Assembly: GCA_037380845.1 (NCBI GenBank)
Contig: JARRRI010000002.1
Location: forward strand, 1 to 53,303
Source: Candidatus Sulfobium sp.
Lineage (GTDB): Bacteria; Nitrospirota; Thermodesulfovibrionia; Thermodesulfovibrionales; UBA6898
Reading direction: 5' to 3'
DNA: 53,303 bases
Shown: positions 29,105 to 39,292 of the stretch, in pieces
Position numbering within the stretch: the first letter of the stretch is position 1
Layout of the letters: every line of letters begins with the position of its first letter
Program-made: the position numbers and the translations under genes
Notes under the pieces: generated by a model
The model's input: only the letters and a program-made list of their open reading frames with translations
What the model was told of the DNA's origin: nothing
Database searches by the model: none

Positions 29105-30263
29105 ATCAATACTCCTGGGCATTTCAGGAAGTGTCGCTGCCTGTAAATCGGTTGACCTGGCCAGAAGATTAAGGGATGAGGGAGCGTCTGTCACTGTTGT
29201 GATGACTGAGGCCTCGCGTCGATTTGTCACCCCTCTTTCCCTGGAGGTTGCCTCACAGGAGAAGGTCCATACTTCGCTCTTCGATGATCCGATGGTGCAC
29301 ATTGATCTGCCGTCGAGGGCAGACCTCATGGTTATCGCCCCCGCAACAGCAAATATTATTTCCAAGTTTGCCAACGGAATCGCCGACGACCTTCTGAGCA
29401 CTTGTCTGCTCTCCTTCGCCGGCAGGATAGTCTTGGCCCCCGCCATGAACTGGAGGATGTACGAAAACCGGTTTTTCCAGGAAAACCTGAATAAGGTTGT
29501 TTCCTCCGGGGTGGTGCAGGTCGGGCCCGAAAGGGGCGGCCTTGCCTGCGGAGAGGAGGGGACGGGAAGAATGGCCGGGGTTGCCGAGATCGTGGAGGCG
29601 ATAAGGGCGGTGTTTACGGTAAAGGATCTCGCGGGGGAAAGGGTCGTGATTACGGCGGGTCCTACGAGGGAAAATATCGATCCGGTGCGGTTCGTTTCCA
29701 ACAGGTCTTCAGGAAAGATGGGCTTTGCTATAGCAAAGGCCGCAAGGGACAGGGGGGCCGAGGTGATACTCATAAGCGGGCCGTCAGCTTTGGGGAAACC
29801 CGGCGGGATGAAAGTCATCGAGGTCGAGACAGCCGGGGAGATGATGGATGCCGTGAAAGAGGAGACGAGACGTGCAAGTCTGCTTGTTATGGCCGCTGCC
29901 GTTGCCGACTTTTCGCCTGTTGTCAGGGCTGCCGAAAAGATCGAAAAGACCGATGAGATTAGCCTGCAGTTTCGCAGGACCGATGACATAGCGGCCGCTG
30001 TTGCAGGGATGGAAGAGAGGCCTTTCATTATAGGGTTTGCTGCCGAAACGGGTAAACATATGGAGAGGGCCAGGGAGAAGATGCATCGCAAGGGCTTGGA
30101 TATGATCGTGTTCAATGACGTGACTGAACCCGGTTCGGGATTCGATGTCGACACCAACAGCGCGGTGATTATCGACCGGGAGGGTGAAAAAACCCTCGGT
30201 ATGATGAGTAAGGATTCGCTTGCCGATGCCATATTGGACAGTTTTGTTGAAATGAAGGCTTGA
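29094..30263 (+). CDS. coaBC: Bifunctional phosphopantothenoylcysteine decarboxylase/synthetase (probable CTG start)
   Basis: In-frame ILLGISGSVAACK lies upstream of the ORF-track start; APATAN, PAMN, LACGEEGTGRM, TAGPTRENIDPVR, GFAAET. Confidence 0.92.
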   Translation: MKSKSILLGISGSVAACKSVDLARRLRDEGASVTVVMTEASRRFVTPLSLEVASQEKVHTSLFDDPMVHIDLPSRADLMVIAPATANIISKFANGIADDLLSTCLLSFAGRIVLAPAMNWRMYENRFFQENLNKVVSSGVVQVGPERGGLACGEEGTGRMAGVAEIVEAIRAVFTVKDLAGERVVITAGPTRENIDPVRFVSNRSSGKMGFAIAKAARDRGAEVILISGPSALGKPGGMKVIEVETAGEMMDAVKEETRRASLLVMAAAVADFSPVVRAAEKIEKTDEISLQFRRTDDIAAAVAGMEERPFIIGFAAETGKHMERAREKMHRKGLDMIVFNDVTEPGSGFDVDTNSAVIIDREGEKTLGMMSKDSLADAILDSFVEMKA

Positions 30264-30301
30264 CTTTATCAGGCCGTTTTGATAAAAAAAGTGACAAGAT
30301 T

Positions 30302-31414
30302 ATGGCTCTGAAAGAAATCGAGAAGCTGAAGGAAAAGGTCGGGAAGGACCCCAATTCCAAACTCTTCGTTCCTCTTGCCGAGGAATACCGAAAGGAAGGA
30401 ATGCTTGATGAGGCTGTAGAGGTGCTTCTCAGCGGCATCGAAAGACAGCCCGGGTATATGAGCGCGCGTGTTTCCCTGGGGAAGATTTACCTCGAAAAGG
30501 GGATGCGTGATGAAGCTCGGAGCGAGTTCGAGAATGTGATTAAATCCATTCCCGACAACCTTTATGCACACAAGAAGCTTGCGGAGATATACCGGGATAC
30601 CGGCGAGAAGGAACTCGCCGTCAAGGCCTACAGGACGATTCTGAAACTCAATTCCATGGACGAAGAAGCTCTGGCCAGTCTGCGTGACCTCGAGACGGGA
30701 GATTCTGCAGAGGAAGCCGGCGGGCAGGCGGGAGGTCGGGAGGTTCCGGAAGAAGACCTTCTGGAGGGGCACATCCACGAGGTCCCGCCCGAAGAGGAAC
30801 CGCCAGTCGATTCTCCGCTTGGGGACGTTGACTCCGAACCGTTTGAGGCTGCTCCGGTTGAGGACTTGAACGCTTTCAAGAAGTCGCTTTTCGGGGGTGG
30901 GGATGCAGGGGATAATATTCCGGAGGAGATCATTGCCGAGGATCTGCCGGAAGGAGAGACACCCCCGGATCTCGTTGACTTTGCCGGGGAGGACGTGGCC
31001 GGAGGTCTTCCCGAGGGCATGCCGGTGGAAGATGAGACTCCTGGCATGGAGGAAATTTTCCCGGGAGAGGAGACCTTTCCGGAAAGAATTCCGGAGGAAG
31101 AAGACGATGCTTACGCCGGCGCCGGTAAGGCGGAAAGTGCCGGAGCAAAAGTGGAAGACTTCGGGGAGGTATTTGCCGACAGTGTCGAAGCTGCGGACAG
31201 GAAGGTATCCGAGGGGGACTATGGGGAAGCGATCCGGATATACAGGAAGGTTCTTTCTGACAATCCCGGCAACGGGAGGGTCCTGCAGCGGCTGGAAGAA
31301 CTGAGAAGCCTTCTCAGGATTTTGGGTAAGGACAAGGAGGACCTGATAGCGCGGCTGAACGGCTTCCTGGACGGGATACAGAAAAGGCACAATGAATTTC
31401 TTGGACGTACTTAA
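30302..31414 (+). CDS. TPR protein with long acidic linker
   Basis: N-terminal TPRs (KDPNSKLFVPLAEEYRK, ARVSLGKIY), D/E/P-rich middle, C-terminal TPR-like helices. Confidence 0.85.
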   Translation: MALKEIEKLKEKVGKDPNSKLFVPLAEEYRKEGMLDEAVEVLLSGIERQPGYMSARVSLGKIYLEKGMRDEARSEFENVIKSIPDNLYAHKKLAEIYRDTGEKELAVKAYRTILKLNSMDEEALASLRDLETGDSAEEAGGQAGGREVPEEDLLEGHIHEVPPEEEPPVDSPLGDVDSEPFEAAPVEDLNAFKKSLFGGGDAGDNIPEEIIAEDLPEGETPPDLVDFAGEDVAGGLPEGMPVEDETPGMEEIFPGEETFPERIPEEEDDAYAGAGKAESAGAKVEDFGEVFADSVEAADRKVSEGDYGEAIRIYRKVLSDNPGNGRVLQRLEELRSLLRILGKDKEDLIARLNGFLDGIQKRHNEFLGRT

Positions 31415-31748
31415 GGAGACCGTAGAGCGGGTGGACGGGGCTGTTTCGGCCATGATCATCGCAGCCGACGGAATCCCCGTGCAGGAGTACGTGTCGGAGA
31501 AGCTGATAGATCTTACGGGACTGGGCGCTGAAGCGTCGGCCATGATCAGGGATATAAACCTCGCTTCGGAGAATCTCGGCCTCGGGGAGGCAAGAGAGTT
31601 TTCCATAATATCCGATATCTGCGGAGTCATCATGAGGAGGATAAACGCCGAATATTATCTGGCCCTGGTCATTAAACCCGAGGGCAATTACGGGAAGGGC
31701 CGCTTCATCCTTAAATCCGCGATTCCTAAACTGGAAGATGAATTTTAG
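31392..31748 (+). CDS. Roadblock/LC7 protein (MglC-like)
   Basis: VERVDGAVSAMIIAADGIPV...GNYGKGRFIL; lies upstream of efp-accB-accC. Confidence 0.85.
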   Translation: MNFLDVLKETVERVDGAVSAMIIAADGIPVQEYVSEKLIDLTGLGAEASAMIRDINLASENLGLGEAREFSIISDICGVIMRRINAEYYLALVIKPEGNYGKGRFILKSAIPKLEDEF

Positions 31749-31804
31749 AAAGCCGCCGGAGCACCTGTTTTTAAGGGAAGGTGAGACGGCTTGCCGGCGT
31801 TGAT

Positions 31805-32233
31805 ATGAAAATTCTTGTGATACACGGACCTAACCTGAACCTCCTCGGCAGCCGGGAAAAGGGGATCTACGGTGAGGGTTCTTTAGAGCAGCTGGACAGC
31901 CGGATAAGATCCCTCTGTTCCGAACTTTCGGTCGAGGTCGAGATCGTGCAGTCTAACAGTGAGGGCGGGATTGTGGATGCAATCCAGAACCTTGCCTGTG
32001 ACGTGCTGATCATAAACCCTGCCGCTTATACTCACACAAGCATCGCGATAAGAGACGCTGTAGTTGCGGTGGGGAAGCCGGCGATAGAGGTACATATTTC
32101 AAACATTTACAAACGCGAGGAATTCCGGCACAGATCATTCATCTCCGGAGTGGCCACAGGTCAGATCAGCGGACTCGGGGCGGAGGGCTATCTCCTTGCC
32201 GTGAGGGCCGCCGTCAAAATCGCCGGGCAATGA
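31805..32233 (+). CDS. aroQ: Type II 3-dehydroquinate dehydratase
   Basis: HGPNLNLLGSRE, INPAAYTHTS, EVHISN. Confidence 0.96.
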   Translation: MKILVIHGPNLNLLGSREKGIYGEGSLEQLDSRIRSLCSELSVEVEIVQSNSEGGIVDAIQNLACDVLIINPAAYTHTSIAIRDAVVAVGKPAIEVHISNIYKREEFRHRSFISGVATGQISGLGAEGYLLAVRAAVKIAGQ

Positions 32234-33291
32234 AAAGACTGCAGGCAATAACCGATGCCCTCGATTCCCTGGGCGTCGATGCGATGCTTATCACCGAACT
32301 CAAGAACGTCAGGTATCTGTCGGGGTTCACCGGTTCCTCTGCCTGTCTGATGATAACCAAAGAGAAGCGGGTGTTCTTTACCGATTTCCGGTATCAGGAA
32401 CAGGCGGGGAAGGAAACCAGGGGACTGGAAATTGTCATAGAAAAAGAGGAAAGACCGAAGCTCATTGTAAGAGAGGCCCGGACCCTGGGCGTGGGCGTAC
32501 TCGGTTTTGAATCTACCGTCTCGTATTCGTTTTACAGGGCTCTCCTCAGGAAGGGATTCAGAACAAAGGCCGTAACGAACGTCGTGGAGGATATAAGGCG
32601 TACCAAGGACCGGATGGAACTGAAACTGATCGGAGAGGCAATCCGGAGGGCGGAGAAGGCCTTTATCGATATAAGGCCGTCGATCAGAAAGGGGATTTCC
32701 GAGCGAATGATCGCTTCCATGCTGGAGGAGAGACTCAGGAAAAACGGATGTCGGACACTGCCTTTTGATATAATAGTTGCCAGCGGTCCCAACTCGTCGA
32801 TGCCGCACGCCCGGCCGACTGAAAACAGGCTAAGGGCGGGGGACCTTGTAGTAATCGATTGGGGCGGCGAGGCAGGGGGATATTTTTCCGATATGACGAG
32901 GACGTTGCTGGTCAAAGGTTCGGACGTTTCCAAAAAGAAGGAAATTTACGATACCGTCCTGCTTGCAAACCGTGAGGCGATACGTTACGTCAGGGAAGGA
33001 GTCCATGCGAGGCATATCGACAAGACAGCGAGAGATGTCATAAAGAAGGCGGGTTATGAAGATTTCTTCGGCCACGGCACCGGTCACGGTGTTGGGCTGG
33101 ACGTGCACGAACTGCCGCGAATCTCCAGGCTGGCAAGGGAAACCGTAAAATCGGGGATGGTTTTTACCGTGGAACCCGGAATTTATCTGCCCGGTATAGG
33201 CGGTGTCCGCATCGAAGACATGGTTGTTGCCGGCAGGAAGGGCTGCAGGGTGCTGACATCACTCCCAAAGCGGCTTGAAATAATACATTAG
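32230..33291 (+). CDS. Xaa-Pro aminopeptidase (M24)
   Basis: YLSGFTGS, TDFRY, SDMTRT, HGTGHGVG, VEPGIY, GVRIED. Confidence 0.94.
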   Translation: MKRLQAITDALDSLGVDAMLITELKNVRYLSGFTGSSACLMITKEKRVFFTDFRYQEQAGKETRGLEIVIEKEERPKLIVREARTLGVGVLGFESTVSYSFYRALLRKGFRTKAVTNVVEDIRRTKDRMELKLIGEAIRRAEKAFIDIRPSIRKGISERMIASMLEERLRKNGCRTLPFDIIVASGPNSSMPHARPTENRLRAGDLVVIDWGGEAGGYFSDMTRTLLVKGSDVSKKKEIYDTVLLANREAIRYVREGVHARHIDKTARDVIKKAGYEDFFGHGTGHGVGLDVHELPRISRLARETVKSGMVFTVEPGIYLPGIGGVRIEDMVVAGRKGCRVLTSLPKRLEIIH

Positions 33292-33346
33292 TTATCGACA
33301 GTTATCGACCGGTTACCGGCGGGACACAGACAGGAGGAGCAGATCA

Positions 33347-33907
33347 TTGATTTCGACAACCGATTTCAGAAAAGGCTTGAAATTAGAGTATAAGGGCGAT
33401 CCATACGAAATAGTCGATTTTCAGCATGTGAAAATGGGAAGGGGAGGGGCAATCGTCAAGACAAAGATGAAGAACCTCAAGACCGGCGGGGTAGTGGAGG
33501 AGACGATAAGATCCGGAGAGAAGTTTCCTACCCCTGAACTCGATGAGAGGAAGATGCAGTATCTTTATGAGCAGGACAACCTTTACTATTTCATGGACCA
33601 GGAGACATACGAGCAGACTCCGCTTACCGCCGGGCAGCTCGGTGATTCCAAATTGTTCCTGAAGGAAAATACCGAGCTCGAGATTCTGTATTATAAGGGC
33701 GAGCCGCTGAATGTGGAACTGCCCACCTTTATCGAGCTTGTGGTGGCGAAGACCGAGCCGGGATTCAAGGGTGACACGGCTTCCGGAGGCGGAAAACCGG
33801 CCACTCTCGAAACCGGCGCCGTTGTGAGGGTGCCTTTCCATATCAACGAAGGGGACACCATCAAGGTCGATACGAGGACGTCTGAATATATAGAAAGGGT
33901 AAGATGA
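33347..33907 (+). CDS. efp: Elongation factor P (Arg at loop tip)
   Basis: [29 protein letters not shown] start after AGGAGG. Confidence 0.96.
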   Translation: MISTTDFRKGLKLEYKGDPYEIVDFQHVKMGRGGAIVKTKMKNLKTGGVVEETIRSGEKFPTPELDERKMQYLYEQDNLYYFMDQETYEQTPLTAGQLGDSKLFLKENTELEILYYKGEPLNVELPTFIELVVAKTEPGFKGDTASGGGKPATLETGAVVRVPFHINEGDTIKVDTRTSEYIERVR

Positions 33908-34341
33908 TGGAACTTGAGGACCTGAAGAACCTTATAGAACTTCTCAAGGATACCGATATTACCGAATTACAGGTGGAAAAAGAGGGGACCAAGGTAAGGA
34001 TCAGGAGAGAAAAGATGTTCCCCGGTTTCGAGATTTCGGCGCAGCAGAAGGCGGTGATACAGGAGAACATCGTTGCGGAGAAAGAGGAGGAGACGCAGAG
34101 ACTCATTACCGTAACCGCGCCTATTGTCGGCACTTTTTATCGCTCGCCTTCCCCCGAGGCCTCTCACTTTGTAGAGCCGGGCCTGCAGGTGAAGAAAGGG
34201 CAGGTGCTCTGCATCATAGAGGCGATGAAGCTGATGAACGAGATCGAGAGCGAGGTTGACGGGACCCTGGTGAAGGTGCTCATCGAAAACGGACAGCCGG
34301 TGGAATACGGCGAACCCCTTTTCCTGATCGATCCTCTATGA
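33904..34341 (+). CDS. accB: Acetyl-CoA carboxylase biotin carboxyl carrier protein
   Basis: [10 protein letters not shown] and EAMKLMNEI biotinylation motif. Confidence 0.96.
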   Translation: MMELEDLKNLIELLKDTDITELQVEKEGTKVRIRREKMFPGFEISAQQKAVIQENIVAEKEEETQRLITVTAPIVGTFYRSPSPEASHFVEPGLQVKKGQVLCIIEAMKLMNEIESEVDGTLVKVLIENGQPVEYGEPLFLIDPL

Positions 34342-35702
34342 AACTCTTCAAGAAAATACTGGTCGCCAACCGGGGTGAGATAGCCGTCAGGATTATCAGG
34401 GCTTGCAAAGAACTGGGTATCAGGACCGTTGCCATTTATTCCGACATCGATAAGGACTCTCTCCATGCGAGGCTTGCCGACGAATCGGTCTGCATAGGCC
34501 CCGCGAGTTCGGCGCAGAGTTACAATAATATTCCCAGTATACTGACCTCCGCGGAGATTACCGATTCTGAGGCGATCCACCCGGGGTACGGATTTTTGTC
34601 GGAAAACCCGCATTTTGCCGAGGCATGCCTTACTTCCGGAATTACATTCATCGGACCTTCTGCGGAAAGCATAAGACTGGGAGGCGACAAGGCCAAGGCG
34701 AGACAGATCATGAAGCGCAGGGGCGTCCCGGTGGTACCGGGGAGCGACGGGCATGTCGTATCCGAGGAGGCTGCGCTGAAGACCGCCAGGAAGATCGGCT
34801 TTCCGGTCATCCTCAAGGCCTCTGCGGGAGGAGGGGGCAGGGGAATGCGCGTGGCGAAGGCGGAGGAGGAACTTGACAAATTCTACTTCATGGCGCAGCG
34901 GGAGGCGCTTGCAGCCTTTGGAAACGGAGAGCTTTATGTGGAAAAATTTATTCCGGCCATGAGGCATGTCGAGGTCCAGATACTCGCTGACACGAAGGGC
35001 AACATCGTACATCTGGGGGAGAGGGATTGTTCTATCCAGAGAAGGCATCAGAAGCTCATAGAGGAATCGCCTTCGCCGGGGTCTACGGAGAAATTCAGGA
35101 AGAAGCTCGGCGAGTACGCGATCAAGGCGGCAAAGGCTTTCAAATACAGGAATGCCGGTACGGTTGAGTTCATCGTCGATCCTGAAGGCGGAATTTATTT
35201 CATGGAGATGAACACCAGGCTACAGGTGGAACATCCCGTCACCGAGAGTGTTACCGGCATCGATATCGTCAAAGAGCAGATCAGGATAGCGGCCGGCTTC
35301 CCCCTGGAACTGAAGCAGACCCAGGTGAGGCTTTCGGGCCATTCAATAGAATGCAGGATCAATGCCGAGGACCCCGAGAGGTTTATCCCCTCTCCCGGGA
35401 AGATCGCCTTTCTTTCCCTTCCTGGGGGCCCCGGGGTCAGGGTTGATACGGCCGCTTACAGCAACTGCGTAATACCCGCCCATTACGACTCTCTGGTGGC
35501 CAAGCTGGTGGTGCACGGCCGGGACCGGAACGAGGCAATTGCCAGGCTCAAGAGGGCGCTGGACGAATTCATCGTCGAGGGTATAAAGACCACCATTCCC
35601 TTTCACAAGAAAGTGCTGAGCGACCCTTATTTTATCAAGGGTGACTTCAATACCGGCTTCGTCGAGAAGATGGGCGCTCCCGGGACTCCCGAAGAAAAGT
35701 AG
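34338..35702 (+). CDS. accC: Biotin carboxylase
   Basis: [45 protein letters not shown]. Confidence 0.97.
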   Translation: MKLFKKILVANRGEIAVRIIRACKELGIRTVAIYSDIDKDSLHARLADESVCIGPASSAQSYNNIPSILTSAEITDSEAIHPGYGFLSENPHFAEACLTSGITFIGPSAESIRLGGDKAKARQIMKRRGVPVVPGSDGHVVSEEAALKTARKIGFPVILKASAGGGGRGMRVAKAEEELDKFYFMAQREALAAFGNGELYVEKFIPAMRHVEVQILADTKGNIVHLGERDCSIQRRHQKLIEESPSPGSTEKFRKKLGEYAIKAAKAFKYRNAGTVEFIVDPEGGIYFMEMNTRLQVEHPVTESVTGIDIVKEQIRIAAGFPLELKQTQVRLSGHSIECRINAEDPERFIPSPGKIAFLSLPGGPGVRVDTAAYSNCVIPAHYDSLVAKLVVHGRDRNEAIARLKRALDEFIVEGIKTTIPFHKKVLSDPYFIKGDFNTGFVEKMGAPGTPEEK

Positions 35703-35736
35703 GACGGTCTGCCCTGAAGTCATTGCGAGGTGGACG

Positions 35737-36360
35737 TTGTATCTGAACGGAATATGCTTTATCACCGACAGGACTCACTGCTCTCTGTCTCCTTATGAAA
35801 TGTGCAGGGCCGTGCTGAAGGCCGGGGTCCGGTTTATTCAGTATCGGGACAAGGAGCGGACGAGGCGGGAGATATACTATGAGGCTGCAAGGATAAGGGA
35901 GCTGACCCTGTCCGCCGGCGCGGTGCTCATCATCAACGATCACGCCGACATAGCACTCGCCGTGGACGCCGACGGGGTTCATCTGGGCCAGGACGACCTT
36001 CCCCTGGAGGAGGCGAGGAAGATAATGGGAGACAGGATAATAGGTATCTCGACCCATAGCCTCGAAGAGGCCAGGGAAGCCGGGGCCGGGGGAGCCGATT
36101 ATATAGGATTCGGTCCCATTTTCGAGACCCTTACCAAGGACGCAGGAAGTCCGAAAGGGATTGACTGTCTGCGGCAGATCGCGCAGGACGTGTCGGTTCC
36201 GGTCGTTGCCATCGGGGGAATAAACAGAGGTAATATCGAACAGGTTATGGAAGCCGGGGCCGATGCTGCTGCGGTGGCGACGGCGATATGCAGGGGAGAC
36301 ATCGAGGACAACGCCCGAAGGCTTGTTTCTCTGGTGGAGGACAGAAATTCAAAGTTGTAA
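35737..36360 (+). CDS. thiE: Thiamine-phosphate synthase
   Basis: QYRDK, IIND, GVHLGQDD, GISTH, VAIGGI; TTG 35737 after GAGGTG. Confidence 0.92.
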   Translation: MYLNGICFITDRTHCSLSPYEMCRAVLKAGVRFIQYRDKERTRREIYYEAARIRELTLSAGAVLIINDHADIALAVDADGVHLGQDDLPLEEARKIMGDRIIGISTHSLEEAREAGAGGADYIGFGPIFETLTKDAGSPKGIDCLRQIAQDVSVPVVAIGGINRGNIEQVMEAGADAAAVATAICRGDIEDNARRLVSLVEDRNSKL

Positions 36361-36509
36361 TGTTAATAGTTCAATCCTTGAGAAAAAAGAAGAAACGATA
36401 TTCTCCGGAGAGACGCAGAGATTCTTCAAACCGACAATGGCGGTTTATATGTATCCGTCCTCTCAGCGGGAATACATAATCCGATCTCTCTGCAGTCAGG
36501 GTTTTGACC

Positions 36510-37013
36510 ATGGAAGGTAAAAGGGTAAGAGAAAGCCTGGTGATCATGGCACAGGTGATGATCCCTCAGGACGCCAACCCCGCAGGTAATGTCCACGGGG
36601 GGGTCATCATGAGGCACGTCGATACGGCCGCGGCCGTCGTCGCCGCCCGGCATTCCAGATCGAATGTGGTTACCGCCTCCATCGACAGGCTTGATTTCCA
36701 CCACCCGGTCTTCGTGGGAGACCTTCTGTTTTTCAAGGCGAGCCTGAACTTTGTGGGCAGGACCTCTATGGAGGTCGGTGTGAGGGTTGAGTCCGAAAAG
36801 CTGCTGACCGGTGTTATCGAACACACTGCCTCCGCCTACCTCACCTTTGTAGCGCTGGACGAGAAAGGAAGACCCCGTGAAGTTCCCCCCCTGATTATAG
36901 AAACGCAGGAGGAGGCGCGGCGCAGTATGGAGGGGAAGAAGCGAAGGGAATCTCGTCTGGCGGAGAAAAGGCAGGAAAAGAGGTGCCAGCTTGACCCGAA
37001 CAGCTGCGGATAA
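36510..37013 (+). CDS. Acyl-CoA thioesterase (hotdog, YciA-like)
   Basis: DANPAGNVHGG, VVTASID, GRTSMEVGV, TFVALD. Confidence 0.93.
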   Translation: MEGKRVRESLVIMAQVMIPQDANPAGNVHGGVIMRHVDTAAAVVAARHSRSNVVTASIDRLDFHHPVFVGDLLFFKASLNFVGRTSMEVGVRVESEKLLTGVIEHTASAYLTFVALDEKGRPREVPPLIIETQEEARRSMEGKKRRESRLAEKRQEKRCQLDPNSCG

Positions 37014-37068
37014 AAACAGAAAAGAACACTTGAGCCACAGGAAGCCCATAACACAAAACAATCAAGGA

Positions 37069-37256
37069 TTAACCCAGATTATTCATGAAATGTGTAGACG
37101 CGAAAGCACACAGTATTTTCGCTCATTCTCGCTTTGCTCCGAGGAACTTGCCCTCTTTATTTCAGGATACACAATGTCTGAATATCGGGCAAGTAAAACC
37201 GCTCAAACACTATGTCCTCTCGCCATGCAGGAAAATTTGTGAATAAAGTGGGTTAA
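37069..37256. mobile_element. MITE-like element (188 bp) with terminal inverted repeats
   Basis: TTAACCCAGATTATTCATGAA ... TTTGTGAATAAAGTGGGTTAA; internal ACTTGCCC/GGGCAAGT stem; no coding capacity. Confidence 0.7.
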
Positions 37257-37362
37257 GGCTCCTGATAGTTCACGGCTTCGTGCTCTTCTTTGTGTGATTA
37301 TTGCGACTTCTGTGGCCATCTTCCTTCTTTAAAGGGGAAGACGCGGATCGCATCCTTCTGGA

Positions 37363-38430
37363 TTAAAGTGTCGCCACAAGTCTTGCTGCAAGGTCTCCAA
37401 GTTCCGAAGTGCCCATGCCCATTCGACCGGCTGCGAGGCCCTTTATATGCTTGCCCGTAATTTCCATCGCCGCCTGCTCTACAGTTTTTCCCGCCCCTGT
37501 TTCCCCCAGGTGTTCGAGCATCATGCCGCCCGCGCAGATTGCGGCAAGGGGGTTGATCACGTTTTTCCCCTTGTATTTGGGCGCCGAACCCCCGATGGGC
37601 TCGAACATTGAGACGCCCCCGGGATTAATATTGCCGCCGGCGGCTATCCCCATGCCGCCCTGGATCATGGCGCCGAGATCGGTGATGATATCGCCGAACA
37701 TATTGTCGGTCACAATCACATCGAACCATTCGGGATTTTTTACGAACCACATGGTAGTGGCGTCGACGTGGGCGTAATCGGCCTTGATCGCCGGATATTC
37801 CTTCGCCACTTCATAGAACGTCCTCTCCCACAGGTCGAATGCGAAGGTGAGCACGTTTGTCTTGCCGCAAAGTGTCAGCTTGTTCATCTTATTTCTCTTT
37901 CTGCAATATTCAAACGCATACCTGATACACCGTTCCACGCCCTTTCTCGTATTGATTGACTCCTGAACGGCAACTTCGTCGGCTGTCCCTTTCTTGAGAA
38001 ATCCCCCTGCCCCGGTGTACAGGCCTTCAGTGTTTTCTCTCACCACGACAAAATCTATGTCCTCGGGATTCTTGTCCTTCAGGGGACAGTCCACTCCCGG
38101 ATAAAGCTTTACCGGTCTGAGATTGACATACTGGTCCAGTTCAAACCGCAGTCTGAGCAATATCCCTTTTTCGAGAATGCCCGGCTTTACATCGGGATGT
38201 CCGATAGCGCCCAGGTATATCGTGTCGTATCTCCTGAGGTCATCGATTGCGCCTTCAGGCAGCACCTCGCCGGTCCTCAGGTATCTGTCACCGCCAAAAT
38301 CAAAAAAATCAAACTCCAGTTTAAAGCCGAACCTTTGCGACGCAGCATTCAAAACCTTGATGCCTTCCGTGACCACCTCCGGTCCCGTACCGTCGCCCGG
38401 CACCACAGCGATATGATAAGTCTTGGGCAT
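37363..38430 (-). CDS. leuB: 3-isopropylmalate dehydrogenase (or close beta-decarboxylating dehydrogenase paralogue)
   Basis: PGDGTGPEV, NLRPVKLY, VRENTEG, DNMFGDIITD, FEPIGGSAP. Confidence 0.85.
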   Translation of the reverse strand: MPKTYHIAVVPGDGTGPEVVTEGIKVLNAASQRFGFKLEFDFFDFGGDRYLRTGEVLPEGAIDDLRRYDTIYLGAIGHPDVKPGILEKGILLRLRFELDQYVNLRPVKLYPGVDCPLKDKNPEDIDFVVVRENTEGLYTGAGGFLKKGTADEVAVQESINTRKGVERCIRYAFEYCRKRNKMNKLTLCGKTNVLTFAFDLWERTFYEVAKEYPAIKADYAHVDATTMWFVKNPEWFDVIVTDNMFGDIITDLGAMIQGGMGIAAGGNINPGGVSMFEPIGGSAPKYKGKNVINPLAAICAGGMMLEHLGETGAGKTVEQAAMEITGKHIKGLAAGRMGMGTSELGDLAARLVATL

Positions 38431-38608
38431 GTATTCCTCCTGGGATTCCAAAAAATCCCGTTATTCTAGCATATTGTGAACCCCAACGTCGTAGAAAGCA
38501 CGGGAGGGACCCTGAAAAGTCCTGTAATGACGACATGATTCAATTTATCTTCAGCACAAACGAGGACCTAAAGTTTGCTGACTCCGAGAGGAAGGCCGGC
38601 CCGCGAAC

Positions 38609-39070
38609 TCATTCAACCAGCCAGACGGCGCAGTCTGTTAACGAATGGAGCAGCTTGTCTGAAGTGCTGCCGAACAGAAATTCCTGCCTCCTGGGTATGT
38701 TCTTCCGTCCGATGACTATCGTGCCGGAGCCGGTGTTTCTCTGCACGTCCAGGATGCATTCGCCCACCGAGGGACAGTACCGCGTCTCAATCATGACCGC
38801 CACCCTGTCTTCGGGAAAACCGGAACCGATTAGAAGTTGCCGGTAATTTTCGACCGTCCCGATCGCCGCGGTCCTGTGTTCGGCGGCCCATTTCCCCAGG
38901 TCCTCGTCGCTGAAGAAATAGTCCTCCGGGGGAGCAGGAACGATATGGAGAAGAGTGACAGTGAAACCCGGAAGGCCTCCCAGCAAGTCGGCTACGTATT
39001 TAACCGCTCTTTCTGCGTCTTCCGAATCATCCACCCCGATAAGGATATTTTTTTCTTTTCCACTGTTCAT
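38609..39070 (-). CDS. Universal stress protein
   Basis: ILIGVDDS, TIVIGR, LFGSTSDKLL, AVWLV. Confidence 0.88.
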   Translation of the reverse strand: MNSGKEKNILIGVDDSEDAERAVKYVADLLGGLPGFTVTLLHIVPAPPEDYFFSDEDLGKWAAEHRTAAIGTVENYRQLLIGSGFPEDRVAVMIETRYCPSVGECILDVQRNTGSGTIVIGRKNIPRRQEFLFGSTSDKLLHSLTDCAVWLVE

Positions 39071-39292
39071 GAATATTTCATCCCGGGGGCTGTGCAAAGG
39101 GTTTCTTCACTGACCGGGCGCCGTCATTTGTTAACAGGATACACCAAAGCTTATTCATTGTAACATGAAGCATCACAGAGGTCAGCCGGAACATCGGGAC
39201 CGGGATCAGGCATTCTCCGTTGCCGTTCTTCGTCTTGCCATCGCGGGCTCCTGTGATAAAATAAAAAGAAAAAATGAGAAAGCGGAGGGGAA

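Noticed and set aside
28673..31633. 519-aa and 454-aa minus-strand ORFs
   Set aside because: Shadows of rpoZ/coaBC and the TPR/roadblock genes with non-protein-like composition
33291..33310. GTTATCGACA GTTATCGACC tandem 10-mer before efp
   Set aside because: Two copies only; most likely a local duplication
38470..38600. Hairpins upstream of leuB including GTCGTCATTAC (yybP-ykoY-like words)
   Set aside because: Other conserved riboswitch elements are missing, and an extended -10 (TGCTAGAAT) lies between them and leuB, so they are probably outside the leader
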